DNA of 64,000 bases from Candidatus Zambryskibacteria bacterium RIFOXYD1_FULL_40_13. Its GTDB lineage: Bacteria > Patescibacteriota > Minisyncoccia > Phycocordibacterales > DATDWN01. Shown piece after piece: positions 21,001-30,040 of this stretch; the first letter of the stretch is position 1; each line of letters opens with the position of its first letter. The position numbers were made by a program, and so were the translations under genes. The notes under the pieces were generated by a model that was not told the DNA's origin, did not search any database, and saw only the letters and a program-made list of their open reading frames with translations. Location of the stretch: contig MHWY01000001.1 of assembly GCA_001824295.1 (NCBI GenBank), positions 5,034 through 69,033 of the forward strand, written 5' to 3'.

Positions 21001-21724
21001 CTAGCTCTTTCTCAAGTTGTTCTAGTAACTTGTGAAGGTCAAGTTTCTTGAATATGTTGTAGATAGCTTCGGCACCAATGCTTGCTTCGAACATTGTCCC
21101 GTATTTCATTCCGAAATTGTAGTATTCAACCTCGTCCAAAACTCTGCCTTCTTGTATTGATTCAATCTCTCGTTTTGCGTTGAGAAGCATTTCCTTGACA
21201 GCTTCCTTGGTCTTCTCGTCTTGTAGAGACTTAACCTTGGCTTTATATTCTGAATCAAGGTCTTTTAGTGTTCTTGTCCTGTCTTCTTCAGAAACTTTTG
21301 TAATAATATATCCGGCAAAGTAAATCACCTTCTCAAGGTCTGCTGTGGGAATACCCAAAATCGTACTAATACGACTTGGCATTGATTTCAAAAACCATAT
21401 GTGTGAGACGACTGTTGCAAGCTCAATATGACCCATTCTCTCTCGTCTAACGATTGAACGAGTTATCTCCACTCCACATTTTTCACAGACGATACCTTTG
21501 TAGCGAATTCCACGATACTTTCCACAGTAACATTCGTAATCCTTATCTGGACCGAAGATTTTTTCATCAAACAAACCGTTTTTCTCACTTCTTTGGGTTC
21601 TGTAGTTTATCGTCTCTGGCTTTGTTACTTCACCAAAAGACCACTCCTTGATTCTCTCAGGGGAAGCGATTTTCAATGCAATTGTTTCGAAATCGTTTGA
21701 GTCTGTTGTTGTTCTTGTTTTCAT
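18047..21724 (-). CDS. rpoC: DNA-directed RNA polymerase subunit beta-prime
   Basis: NADFDGD catalytic motif, zinc-binding Cys, 1225 aa. Confidence 0.95.
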   Translation of the reverse strand: MKTRTTTDSNDFETIALKIASPERIKEWSFGEVTKPETINYRTQRSEKNGLFDEKIFGPDKDYECYCGKYRGIRYKGIVCEKCGVEITRSIVRRERMGHIELATVVSHIWFLKSMPSRISTILGIPTADLEKVIYFAGYIITKVSEEDRTRTLKDLDSEYKAKVKSLQDEKTKEAVKEMLLNAKREIESIQEGRVLDEVEYYNFGMKYGTMFEASIGAEAIYNIFKKLDLHKLLEQLEKELEKASSLDAVKINKRIGVVGSMINSNIRPEWMFLINIPVMPPALRPMVPLDGGRYATSDVNDLYRRVINRNNRLKKLKEIHAPDVILRNEKRILQEAVDALIDNTIRHGSASGAINQSQRRPLKSIADNLKGKRGIFRQNLLGKRVDYSGRSVIVVGPDLHLNQCGLPKHMALELFKPFIISQILQKELAYNIRGASKLIEDGIPEVWAILEEVIANKYVLLNRAPTLHRLGIQAFKPILIEGNAIQLHPLVCSAFNADFDGDQMAVHVPLSDEAQLEAREIMASDKNILKPGSGDPTVSAKMLDIVLGCYWMTKEITGEKGEGKFFSSPNAAITAYDLNAVSFRAKIKVLPSSSEKYNIFDGKLFETTVGRLLFNSVLPNDYPFINSEINKKKTVSLVDDLIEKYSIENVPKIIDQIKSFGFKYATHSGTTWGIDDIIIPEGKKDIILNSKEKAKVIVEHFNMGLISKEERLRQIIEIWHGAKAELEKLMPETLPKNGSVGDMVYSGARGSMGNITQMAGMQGLITNIEGETIEFPIISCSKEGLTPLEYFITTHGSRKGLTDTALNTAKSGYLTRKMFVVAQDTIITEEDCGTKEGVVIDKFAISGIEVPIVKHIKGRFLAKDVVTADGKVLFKKDDLLSKKDAQAIETAGITSVTVRSPLSCKTLNGICVKCYGADLGKNKVVELGEAVGTIAGQAIGEPGTQLSMNTKHAGGAASVGGDIISGLPRVEELFEKRKPKNPAVVCSVSGTVSDIRITDKEKAIVITPNIEDRTKSKDKIEYSISLNRTILVSVGDEVKKGDMITDGSADIDELYKYAGKDKTVDYIIHEINKPYELQGENVSRKHIETIVRQMFSRKKIKNPGDTVFLEGDLVELAFLAEENARVKELGLEIATAEGVVMGITDVSLSRKSFLAAASFQHTTRMLISSAIKGTADKLAGLMENVILGRLIPAGTGFKGSKKYEMIAEMRANRPEIVENRDRFN

Positions 21725-21768
21725 AATGTTAGTTAAAAGTTAAAAGTTTTAATAAAGTAGAAAAGATT

Positions 21769-24700
21769 TTAACTTTCTAACTTTTCATTATTAATTTCTT
21801 TCGACCCTTTCTTTATTTGTACATCTAGTGCTAGTCCACGAAGGTTGTTGAGCAACACATTAAACGAAGCTGGTGTGTTTAGTTGTGTTATAGGTAAGCC
21901 CTTCACTATTGCATCAAATGCTGCTGATCTTCCAACAATATCGTCTGACTTGATTGTCAAAATTTCCTGTAGTGTATGAGCTGCACCATGACCAAGTAAT
22001 GCCCACACTTCCATTTCTCCAAATCTCTGTCCTCCGTTTTGAGCTTTTCCTCCAAGTGGTTGCTGTGTAATAAGTGAGTATGGACCAATAGATCTCATGT
22101 GTATCTTGTCTTCCACCATGTGATGTAGTTTAAGAATATACATGTATCCCACGGCCACATCCTGCTGGAAAGCTTCCCCAGTTCGTCCATCAAATAGTTT
22201 CATTTTGCCAGTTTCACTGAATCCTGCTTTCTTGAGCTCTTCCTTAATTTCCTCACCAGTTGCCCCGATAAATGGAGGAACGATGGCCTGATAACCGAGG
22301 GTGTGAGCTGCTAAGCCTAAGTGAAGCTCAAGTATTTGCCCCAAGTTCATACGACTTGGCACACCAAGTGGAGTCAAAATAACATCTATTGGTGTTCCAT
22401 CCTCCATGTATGGCATATCTTCCTCGGGAAGAATTTTTGATATAACACCCTTGTTTCCATGGCGTCCTGCTAACTTGTCTCCAACAGAAACATTTCTAAG
22501 CTGTGCGACTTCAATATGTATAGTTTTTATAATACCTGAATCCAGTTTGTCACCATTCTCTCGAGAACGAATTTGTACCTTTATAACTCGTCCTCTTTTA
22601 CCACCCTCCATTCTCTTTGATGTATCTTTGACATCATGAGCCTTTTCACCAAAGAGTGACCGGAGTAACCTTTCTTCGGGTGTAAGTTGTGTCTCTCCCT
22701 TTGGAGTAATCTTGCCGACAAGAATGTCTCCCGGCCTGACTTCTGCTCCAACCTGGACTATTCCATCTTCTGCCAGGTTCTTAAGCTTTGCCTCACCGAC
22801 ATTCGGAATATCACATGTAGTAACTTCTGGTCCAAGTTTTGTATCCCGAACATTTATTGTAAACTCCTCAATGTGAATAGAAGTAAACTTACTGTCTTTT
22901 ACAACTCTTTCAGAAAGTATAATAGCGTCTTCGTAGTTTGAACCACTCCAAGACATGAAAGCGACAAGCATATTTTGCCCGATTGCTGACTGTCCATCCT
23001 TACTTGCTGATGTATCAGCAAGTATTTCACCTTTTTTAACCTTGTCACCTACATTAACTCTCGGTCGCTGGTGAAAAGCAGTAAAACCGTTTGTTCTTGA
23101 AAATCTTATAAGCTCATATTCCTTACTTTTTCCTTGATGGTTCTCGATAACAATTCTCATTCCATCTGCATGTGTCACCACTCCATCCTCTGTTGCAATA
23201 ACAAGTCTGCCTGTGTCTCTCAAAGCATCGGCTTCCATTCCTGTCGCAACAAGGGGCACCTCGGGAATAATACATGGTGTTGCTTGTCTTTGCATGTTAC
23301 TTGCCATCAGGGCTCTGGCAGCAAGGTCATGGTTTAGGAAAGGAATCATTGAGGTAGCTATAGAGAAAGCCTGATTTGCAGAAACATCAATATAGTCAAC
23401 CTTATCTCTTGAAATCATACTTGGATTTCCTTCTATACGAACTTCCACCTCCGTAACCTCAATCTTTCCGTCTTTATCAACAGGGGTGGCAGCATGTGCT
23501 ATGGCATATCTCTCTTCCTCTGAAGCATTCAAATAAACTATCTCATCTGTAACTTTTCCATGCTTAACTTTTGCATATGGAGTTTCAATCATTCCAAAAC
23601 TGTTAATTCTGGCATAAATTGCAAGGCGTAATACGAGACCGATGTTTGGTCCTTCTGGAGTATGAATAGGGCAAAGTCTTCCGTAGTGAGATGTGTGAAC
23701 GTCACGAACTTCGAAACCAGCACGTGTTCTGTTAAGTCCTCCTGGACCTAGAGCTGAAAGCAATCGTAAGTTTTCTATTTCGGCTAGCGGGTTCTCTTGA
23801 GTCATGAACTGTGATAGCTGGTTTGTTGTGAAGAATTCTTTTATTCTGGCCTGAAGTGGTTTTGGGGAAATAAACTGAACAGGAAGAGTGACATCTGTAT
23901 CAATAGTAGACATTCTATTCTGAATGTTTCTCTTGATTTGAGCCATACCAGTACGAATCTTTTGTTGAAATAGCTCTCCAACAAATCTGACACGTCTACT
24001 ACCCAAGTGGTCAATATCATCACCCGCAGCATTTGGAGTATTATTTAGTTCTGCAATATGAGAAATTATTGTGACAAGGTCCTCAAGATTGATGGTCTTT
24101 CTCTTTAACTCCTTATCATCCATTTTCTTATTAAACCTCTTGTTGAATCTGTATCTTCCGACCGGAGAGAGGTCATATCTTTCTTCTTCAAATATCGAAC
24201 CGACAAATTCACGAGCATTATCTGCCGTAGCTAGGTCGCCATCGCGCAATCTCTTGTGTATTTCAATGAAGGCATCATCAACAGATTTGTCCTTATCCTT
24301 AAGCAGGGTTTTCTCTATAGCCATTGTTCCGAACTTATCATCTGCAAATAGTTTCTTTATCCCGACGTCATCCTTTGCACCAAGCACCCTAAGAAGGGTT
24401 GTACTTGCAAACTTTCGTTTTCTGTCTATACGAACATAAATCATGCCATCAAGGTCTGACTCAATTTCTATCCAGGCACCACGAGAAGGAATGATTTTGG
24501 CACCAAATATTTTTCTTCCTTTCAATTCTGACTCGGTAAAGAACACTCCGTATGAGCGTGCTAGTTGGGGAACAATAACTCTCTCTATTCCAGATATAAT
24601 AAATGTCCCATGAGAAGTCATTAGAGGAAAATCAGCCATGAATATTTCCTGCTCTTTCTCCGTACCAAGAATATGGTTTTTTAATCTAACTTTTACCTTT

Positions 24701-25032
24701 AGCGGAGCCTCATAAGACAGCTTGTTATCTTTCGCATAATATTCATCATGCTTGGCCTGTGCCAATTCAAAACCTGTAAAGTCTAGGGTAAATTTCTTTT
24801 CGGAATAATCCTTGATTGAAGAAAACTCTTCAAACACTTCTTTCAGACCCTTCTCAACAAGCCACTTGAAAGAGTCTAGTTGTGGCTCAACAAAGTTGGG
24901 TGTTGCAATAAGTGGCTTTTTGAAGCGACTGAAAAACTTCTGTGGACGAGCAGTTATAATATTCATAAATAAATTTTTAATTCCCTCTTCTATTAATAAA
25001 ATCAAAGCAAACAAAAGCAGACCCTTCCCCAA
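21769..25032 (-). CDS. rpoB: DNA-directed RNA polymerase subunit beta
   Basis: conserved Rpb2 regions, GEMEVWALLGHGAAH-like C-terminal motif, 1087 aa. Confidence 0.95.
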   Translation of the reverse strand: MGKGLLLFALILLIEEGIKNLFMNIITARPQKFFSRFKKPLIATPNFVEPQLDSFKWLVEKGLKEVFEEFSSIKDYSEKKFTLDFTGFELAQAKHDEYYAKDNKLSYEAPLKVKVRLKNHILGTEKEQEIFMADFPLMTSHGTFIISGIERVIVPQLARSYGVFFTESELKGRKIFGAKIIPSRGAWIEIESDLDGMIYVRIDRKRKFASTTLLRVLGAKDDVGIKKLFADDKFGTMAIEKTLLKDKDKSVDDAFIEIHKRLRDGDLATADNAREFVGSIFEEERYDLSPVGRYRFNKRFNKKMDDKELKRKTINLEDLVTIISHIAELNNTPNAAGDDIDHLGSRRVRFVGELFQQKIRTGMAQIKRNIQNRMSTIDTDVTLPVQFISPKPLQARIKEFFTTNQLSQFMTQENPLAEIENLRLLSALGPGGLNRTRAGFEVRDVHTSHYGRLCPIHTPEGPNIGLVLRLAIYARINSFGMIETPYAKVKHGKVTDEIVYLNASEEERYAIAHAATPVDKDGKIEVTEVEVRIEGNPSMISRDKVDYIDVSANQAFSIATSMIPFLNHDLAARALMASNMQRQATPCIIPEVPLVATGMEADALRDTGRLVIATEDGVVTHADGMRIVIENHQGKSKEYELIRFSRTNGFTAFHQRPRVNVGDKVKKGEILADTSASKDGQSAIGQNMLVAFMSWSGSNYEDAIILSERVVKDSKFTSIHIEEFTINVRDTKLGPEVTTCDIPNVGEAKLKNLAEDGIVQVGAEVRPGDILVGKITPKGETQLTPEERLLRSLFGEKAHDVKDTSKRMEGGKRGRVIKVQIRSRENGDKLDSGIIKTIHIEVAQLRNVSVGDKLAGRHGNKGVISKILPEEDMPYMEDGTPIDVILTPLGVPSRMNLGQILELHLGLAAHTLGYQAIVPPFIGATGEEIKEELKKAGFSETGKMKLFDGRTGEAFQQDVAVGYMYILKLHHMVEDKIHMRSIGPYSLITQQPLGGKAQNGGQRFGEMEVWALLGHGAAHTLQEILTIKSDDIVGRSAAFDAIVKGLPITQLNTPASFNVLLNNLRGLALDVQIKKGSKEINNEKLES

Positions 25033-25355
25033 GGGTTTATGCTTTTATTATTATTTTTTTAGCGATTTTGTCGCAAAATAGTGCAAGTGGACCAATTAAC
25101 TATCTAATCCCTTCACTTCCTATCAAGACTCAATCGTTGAAGTTAAAAGCAGTATACGCCAAGAGTGTGTTATATGTCAACCCTATTAGAGACTAACTTT
25201 AGTCAAGTATTTAGGTGTATAACTTTTTTCCTTAAATTATGGCTTTAAATAAGGATATACTAGACAAATAAATTTCCGATAGAGCGAGTTAAAGTCAAGA
25301 AAGTTATCCACAAGCTATTCACAGTTTGTTTGACACGGGGTTGAGATTCAGTGGA

Positions 25356-25613
25356 TCAATCTGATATCTCAAAAACCTTGTGTTTTATACTAGCACCAGA
25401 AATAAGTTTTACCAGAGATGGTGCAACATTAAAATATCTGGCTATTGCTCGCCTCACTGCCTCGTTTGCTCGCCCCCCTACAGGTGCTTCCTTGACACAA
25501 ACTTTGTATTCCACCAACCCGGATTTTGTATCTGGTAGATCTAGGGTGGGTTGAACCACCCTCTCTACGCTTTCTATTTTTGAGTTTGGTTTGGCCTTAA
25601 CGACTATCTTCAT
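25356..25613 (-). CDS. DUF167 (YggU-like) protein
   Basis: KIVVKAKPNSK...VKEAPVGGRANEAVRRAIARYFNV pattern of UPF0235/DUF167. Confidence 0.55.
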   Translation of the reverse strand: MKIVVKAKPNSKIESVERVVQPTLDLPDTKSGLVEYKVCVKEAPVGGRANEAVRRAIARYFNVAPSLVKLISGASIKHKVFEISD

Positions 25614-25909
25614 CAGAGTAGTATAAATGAAATACAAATATTGTCATCTTCCCAAATCCCCTCTTTTAGGCGAATAGGTTTCTTAATACACATAATATAT
25701 GACTCAGACCTCTTGTCTGGAAACAATGCAGTTGTCCAAGTGCTTTTACCCACAGTGACATTGACCTTTATAAACCCAGCACCATATGTGTTTGCCCAAC
25801 CCTTAATCTTCTTTGAAAGCTCTTTTGTTAAAGTGACGAAATGCCAGCCAATATCTCCTGGCCAACGCCAAACCTGAGCATTGAATGTAAAATTCTTCTT
25901 TGTAAACAT
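25613..25909 (-). CDS. DUF1905-domain protein
   Basis: WHFVTLTKELSKKI...GFIKVNVTVGKSTWTTALFP resembles DUF1905. Confidence 0.5.
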   Translation of the reverse strand: MFTKKNFTFNAQVWRWPGDIGWHFVTLTKELSKKIKGWANTYGAGFIKVNVTVGKSTWTTALFPDKRSESYIMCIKKPIRLKEGIWEDDNICISFILL

Positions 25910-26487
25910 TAATACTTTCTTATTACCCCTTTTACTATAGCCGCCACCTTCAAATCATACTGTGGGTATATCGGGGAATAGTTTTTGTTTGCGGGCTTAA
26001 GATACACAAGGCTTCCTTTTCTCTTGAAATATTTCATGGTCCAGCCACCATCAACCTCAGCGATAACAATATCTCCGTCTTTTGGATTTCCCCTTCTTTC
26101 TACTAAAACCAAGTCCCCTTCTTTTATACCCTCATCTATCATTGAATCTCCCTTTACCTCTAAGAGATATGTTGATTCCTTGTTCTTAACTAGGTACTCG
26201 TCTAGGTTGAGAGAGTCTAGAACATTTGGATCAACCATTGTTGGAATACCAGCTTCCACCAAACCGAGTAGAGGTATTTCGCCAAATATTTTCATTGGAG
26301 TAAGTCTTCCACTTGAGTCTTTATCCACCACCTCATCCTCAACAAGCTTGTTGATTAGCTTGTATACTGCATTTTTTGATTTGAAGCCCACAAGAGACAT
26401 GATTTCCTTATATCCAGGCATTCGCCTGTGCTTCTGATAGAAGGAAATGATTTTGTCTCTTTGTGAAATATATTTTTCTTCTGACAT
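25909..26487 (-). CDS. lexA: LexA repressor (wHTH plus S24 peptidase)
   Basis: Ala-Gly cleavage site in LVEAGIP, GDSM catalytic Ser, downstream Lys in TMKYFKRKG; domain order as LexA. Confidence 0.8.
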   Translation of the reverse strand: MSEEKYISQRDKIISFYQKHRRMPGYKEIMSLVGFKSKNAVYKLINKLVEDEVVDKDSSGRLTPMKIFGEIPLLGLVEAGIPTMVDPNVLDSLNLDEYLVKNKESTYLLEVKGDSMIDEGIKEGDLVLVERRGNPKDGDIVIAEVDGGWTMKYFKRKGSLVYLKPANKNYSPIYPQYDLKVAAIVKGVIRKY

Positions 26488-26491
26488 ATTT

Positions 26492-26698
26492 TTATATTAT
26501 AGAAGCAAAACCCATTGAACGAACCATCCAGTGTGAGCTAATTTTATTTCTACGAATGTTTGCCAAACTAGACAAAATAAACTTGTGCCTTTTGGCTTCC
26601 CTTGAATAAGAGAGACCCTTTATAATCTTGTGGTCAATAACATCATTTAAAACCTCTAACTCTTGCCTCAATACTTTTTCTAAATTTTGTTTTGACAT
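26492..26698 (-). CDS. small hypothetical protein, first gene of lexA operon
   Basis: ATG about 30 nt downstream of LexA-box promoter; 4-nt gap to lexA. Confidence 0.4.
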   Translation of the reverse strand: MSKQNLEKVLRQELEVLNDVIDHKIIKGLSYSREAKRHKFILSSLANIRRNKISSHWMVRSMGFASII

Positions 26699-26728
26699 GT
26701 GTTATTTATAAATTATTTGTATATAAGT

Positions 26729-26758
26729 ATTATAAGTGAACTGCGGTTCACCTGTCAA
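26729..26758 (-). promoter_or_regulatory. sigma70 promoter with embedded Cheo-type LexA box (GAAC-N4-GTTC)
   Basis: minus strand reads TTGACA gg tGAACcgcaGTTCac tTATAAT; palindrome gtgaactgcggttcac at 26736-26751 lies in the spacer. Confidence 0.6.
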
Positions 26759-26837
26759 TAATATAACTGTGGATAACCTTTGACAGCAATAGGAATGGTG
26801 ATAGTCTAAATATTAGACACCCCAACCAGGAGGAGCC

Positions 26838-27056
26838 ATGGTAGCCCACGACCCGAGATTCGAGGTAATGGTCACGTACTTTCAGGAGTTCGACCACAGG
26901 ACAACAGTCCCTCACCACTTCCCAATTGAGATGGAAGTCAAACTCGGCCAGATCTTCACATGGACCTGTGGGCAGTTCACGGGTACGGCGGAAGTGGTAG
27001 GTATCATCGGCGAATCCGGCAACAGGCGCCGAGTACTCATTCGCAAACTGAGCTAA
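26838..27056 (+). CDS. hypothetical 72-aa protein, paralog A (GC-rich island 5)
   Basis: AGGAGG SD 4 nt before ATG; aligns with paralog B over P-x4-VK-x-G...VVG core. Confidence 0.5.
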   Translation: MVAHDPRFEVMVTYFQEFDHRTTVPHHFPIEMEVKLGQIFTWTCGQFTGTAEVVGIIGESGNRRRVLIRKLS

Positions 27057-27070
27057 GACAGTCGCACACA

Positions 27071-27109
27071 CCCGCCAGGACACCTCGTCTTGGCGGTTTC
27101 GCTTTTTTT
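27071..27109 (+). terminator. intrinsic terminator copy 1 (cccgccagg acacctcgtc ttggcgg tttcgcttttttt)
   Basis: GC-rich stem, T-run; near-identical copy at 27424. Confidence 0.55.
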
Positions 27110-27180
27110 AATAACTCAAAACTATTTGGATTTGAGACAAACACATGATAGACTGTCGCAGGAACCAGGAGGAGGACACG

Positions 27181-27399
27181 ATGAGGAACGACTTGTCGCC
27201 ACTCGATCTTTCTGCAACACAGTATGGGCTGTTGTTCCTAAACGAAACAGCCTTGATTGCGGTCCCGTCGCACTGGTATGTGAAGACGGGAGACAAGCTT
27301 CGAGCACAATACGCGTTCAGTGAGTTCGTGGTTGTTGTGACAGCGACCACACCACTTGTCCCGAAGTACACCACCTTGTCACTGGAAAAAGAACAATAG
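27181..27399 (+). CDS. hypothetical 72-aa protein, paralog B (GC-rich island 5)
   Basis: AGGAGGAGG SD 6 nt before ATG 27181 (ORF track start 27145 is upstream in frame); same length as paralog A. Confidence 0.5.
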   Translation: MRNDLSPLDLSATQYGLLFLNETALIAVPSHWYVKTGDKLRAQYAFSEFVVVVTATTPLVPKYTTLSLEKEQ

Positions 27400-27423
27400 A
27401 GAGACAAGGAAATTCCCACCCAC

Positions 27424-27457
27424 CCCCCGCCAGGACACCTCGCCCTGGCGGTTTCGC
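27424..27457 (+). terminator. intrinsic terminator copy 2 (cccccgccagg acacctcgcc ctggcgg tttcgc)
   Basis: same stem-loop as 27071 with two substitutions. Confidence 0.45.
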
Positions 27458-27459
27458 AT

Positions 27460-27948
27460 CTATACGATATTTCCTATCACTGGGTTAACGATTTTAATAT
27501 AATCTTCTGCCCTCATTCCTATAGAGAAACTCTTGTCACCAGCGTTAAAAATAATTTTTTCATTCGCAAGAAGGCCCCTATCAGCATATACAGGAAGTCC
27601 AAACAAATTTCCGAAGGGTGGAACACCACCAAGCAAGACGCCGTCAGTAATCTTCAGAACCTCTTCCTCTGTGGCAAATCTAATATCAGAGAGACCAAAC
27701 TCCTCCCTTATTTTAGTTGTGTCAAACTTCTTGCTTCCCTGCAAAACAAACATAACAAAAAGTTTACCCTCTCCCGGTTTTTTTACTCGAGTAATAAGAG
27801 CTTTTGCGCCCTGATCCATGTTATATCCAGAGCGAACCTTGGAAGCCTCTTCGCTAGTACGAACAGGTTCGTGCTCAAATGTTTCAAACCAAAAACCTCC
27901 TTCTGTAAGAATTGCTTTTATTTTTTCTGTTAGAGGGTGGTAAGACAT
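27460..27948 (-). CDS. ybaK: YbaK/ProX-type aminoacyl-tRNA deacylase
   Basis: GGVPPFG motif, about 160 aa single-domain. Confidence 0.7.
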   Translation of the reverse strand: MSYHPLTEKIKAILTEGGFWFETFEHEPVRTSEEASKVRSGYNMDQGAKALITRVKKPGEGKLFVMFVLQGSKKFDTTKIREEFGLSDIRFATEEEVLKITDGVLLGGVPPFGNLFGLPVYADRGLLANEKIIFNAGDKSFSIGMRAEDYIKIVNPVIGNIV

Positions 27949-27980
27949 GAATTAGTTATAAAGTATAAAGTCCATAAAGT

Positions 27981-29006
27981 CTATAAAGCAAATTCACACC
28001 CCATGTGCTCAATTCCCAAAAGATATTTCTCACAAAAAGCAGTCTTCTTATCACCTACCATAAATTCCGGAGCAAAAGCCTTTATGTCAAAAGGATAAAT
28101 AGTAAAAACTTTCTTGTCTTCCCAGAATTCGACACCAGCACCAAGCCCCACCATTGTATCCCCAAAGTTCTGGTCAAAAACAAAATTACCAAGTGAGTAG
28201 AACACAACTCCACCATTATATATTTCTACAGGCTCAACCACATGAGGGTGGTGGCCAAAAATGACATCAGCGCCAGCATCTATAAGCTTGTGAGCAATCA
28301 AAACCTGCGCCTCTGTTTTGCCCAATTCATATTCTGTTCCCCAATGGATATTTACAATAACAAAGTCGTTCTCAGATTTTAGTTTTTGTATCAAGGGATA
28401 ATAGTTTGGGATTGATGCTGGAGAAACAGTCTGGTCCATGCCGACAAAGGCAAACCTCTTACTATCTATTGTTTTCAAAAAGTAACTTTTTTCCACCTCA
28501 CTATCACCCATATACGGAATACCAGCTTCACTCAAATACTGTTTTGTGCTTTTAAAACCAGCACTGAAACAATCATAACTATGGTTGTTTGCAATATTAA
28601 CCATGTTTATACCCGCACTTATAAGCAATTCTGGAGTGGTAGAAGCGAATTGAAAATTGTAGGCCTTTTTCTGACACTTACTTCTATCCATTTCTACAAT
28701 AGGACCCTCTAGGTTAAGTCCGATAATATCGTAACCCCTAATCATTTCAAAATCTCTTTTTATATATTCAAACGGGTCTCTTCCGCGCTTATCTATTATG
28801 TTTCTAACCCCCCTATCAAACATAGCATCACCAAAATTTATAACTGATGGGTAATTTTTTTGAGTCACTTCTTTGCTAATCACACCTGCAACATTAGACT
28901 CCATTCTGTCCTTTGGTATATTAAATGAGTGGTTATAAATATAAAAATTTGTACTAAAAAAAAGAAGCAGAGACAGACCAAGTAATAAATAATATCTAGG
29001 TTTCAT
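27981..29006 (-). CDS. CapA-family metallophosphatase (poly-gamma-glutamate synthesis-like)
   Basis: N-terminal signal/TM, VNIHWGTEY...GADVIFGHHPHV motifs. Confidence 0.7.
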   Translation of the reverse strand: MKPRYYLLLGLSLLLFFSTNFYIYNHSFNIPKDRMESNVAGVISKEVTQKNYPSVINFGDAMFDRGVRNIIDKRGRDPFEYIKRDFEMIRGYDIIGLNLEGPIVEMDRSKCQKKAYNFQFASTTPELLISAGINMVNIANNHSYDCFSAGFKSTKQYLSEAGIPYMGDSEVEKSYFLKTIDSKRFAFVGMDQTVSPASIPNYYPLIQKLKSENDFVIVNIHWGTEYELGKTEAQVLIAHKLIDAGADVIFGHHPHVVEPVEIYNGGVVFYSLGNFVFDQNFGDTMVGLGAGVEFWEDKKVFTIYPFDIKAFAPEFMVGDKKTAFCEKYLLGIEHMGCEFAL

Positions 29007-29035
29007 ATAATCAATCCTAACATAAATACAAAACG

Positions 29036-29062
29036 GGCGGTCCCACGAAGGAACCGCCCGTC
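29036..29062 (-). terminator. GC-rich hairpin plus T-run after island-6 gene
   Basis: cgggcggtcc cacgaa ggaaccgcccg, T-rich on minus strand. Confidence 0.5.
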
Positions 29063-29083
29063 AAGGGAACCCGACAGAACAAT

Positions 29084-30040
29084 CTAGCGAACGGGAGGCC
29101 GATTGCCCTTCTCGACCGCCTTCAGAAGCTGGAGCGTACGTCCGTCCCTGAATGCGTTCCAGGCAGTGATGCACTGCCTGAACATGAACTCTTGCGACAC
29201 GATCTTCTTGTCGCTGTGTGAGCCCATGCCGGAGTCGACGGCGGCGCGCTGGAGCTCGTTGCGGAGCTTGAGACGAGGGTCACCGACTTTCTCGATGCCC
29301 GTTCCGGTCGCCACCGGAATCCAGAACTCCACCGCGATCTGCGACGCCTTGTTGAAGGTGGCAAACATCGCCCCGACCACCGGCGCGCGGAGAAGATGCT
29401 TGTAGTCCCGGCTCGAGTGCTTGTCAAGGAAAGCGCAGACCTTCCGAGCGAGGTCGTAGTGGTCCGTCTTGATCAGGAAGGCCACGTCGTCCCCATCGTG
29501 AATCCGCCGCTCGTGTTTTGTCTTCCACATCCACATGGCAAACCCCATGGGAACGACACGCAGTGTGTTGGATTTCACACCCTCGAACTCCGGCGTGCCG
29601 GCGAGGTAAGACGTGATGACGTTAGCGCGCGTCCTCGGCGAGGAGCGATCGATGGACGCGTACAGAATGCGCATGTCCTCAACCGACTTCGCCGTATACT
29701 CGAGCATGGTCACGTTGCACTCGTAGCTGGGCGGCATGTAGATCCTGGCCCACGCCGTATGCTGACCGTTCATCCGGTAGGTCTTACCGTCGAACTTGCA
29801 GATGACGAGATTGACCCACTCGGGGTGGAACGTTCCACGTTCCATGGTCTGGATGAGGTAGTCGACGTGCGAGTTCTTCAGCGTCCGCTCGCCGACGAAC
29901 TCCTCGTGCCCGAGAAGCTTCTCGGCTTCAGCCCTGGTGAAGTTAACCTTCCGACTAGTGACGAGTTTCAGCCCGTCACCAAGCCCAGTGACATTCAACA
30001 CCTCAGGACGCGGTCCGGCACTTTCGTACTTACCACTCAT
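29084..30040 (-). CDS. hypothetical 318-aa protein (GC-rich island 6)
   Basis: AAGGAG SD 8 nt before ATG (MSGKYE...); GC-rich; no confident domain. Confidence 0.5.
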   Translation of the reverse strand: MSGKYESAGPRPEVLNVTGLGDGLKLVTSRKVNFTRAEAEKLLGHEEFVGERTLKNSHVDYLIQTMERGTFHPEWVNLVICKFDGKTYRMNGQHTAWARIYMPPSYECNVTMLEYTAKSVEDMRILYASIDRSSPRTRANVITSYLAGTPEFEGVKSNTLRVVPMGFAMWMWKTKHERRIHDGDDVAFLIKTDHYDLARKVCAFLDKHSSRDYKHLLRAPVVGAMFATFNKASQIAVEFWIPVATGTGIEKVGDPRLKLRNELQRAAVDSGMGSHSDKKIVSQEFMFRQCITAWNAFRDGRTLQLLKAVEKGNRPPVR

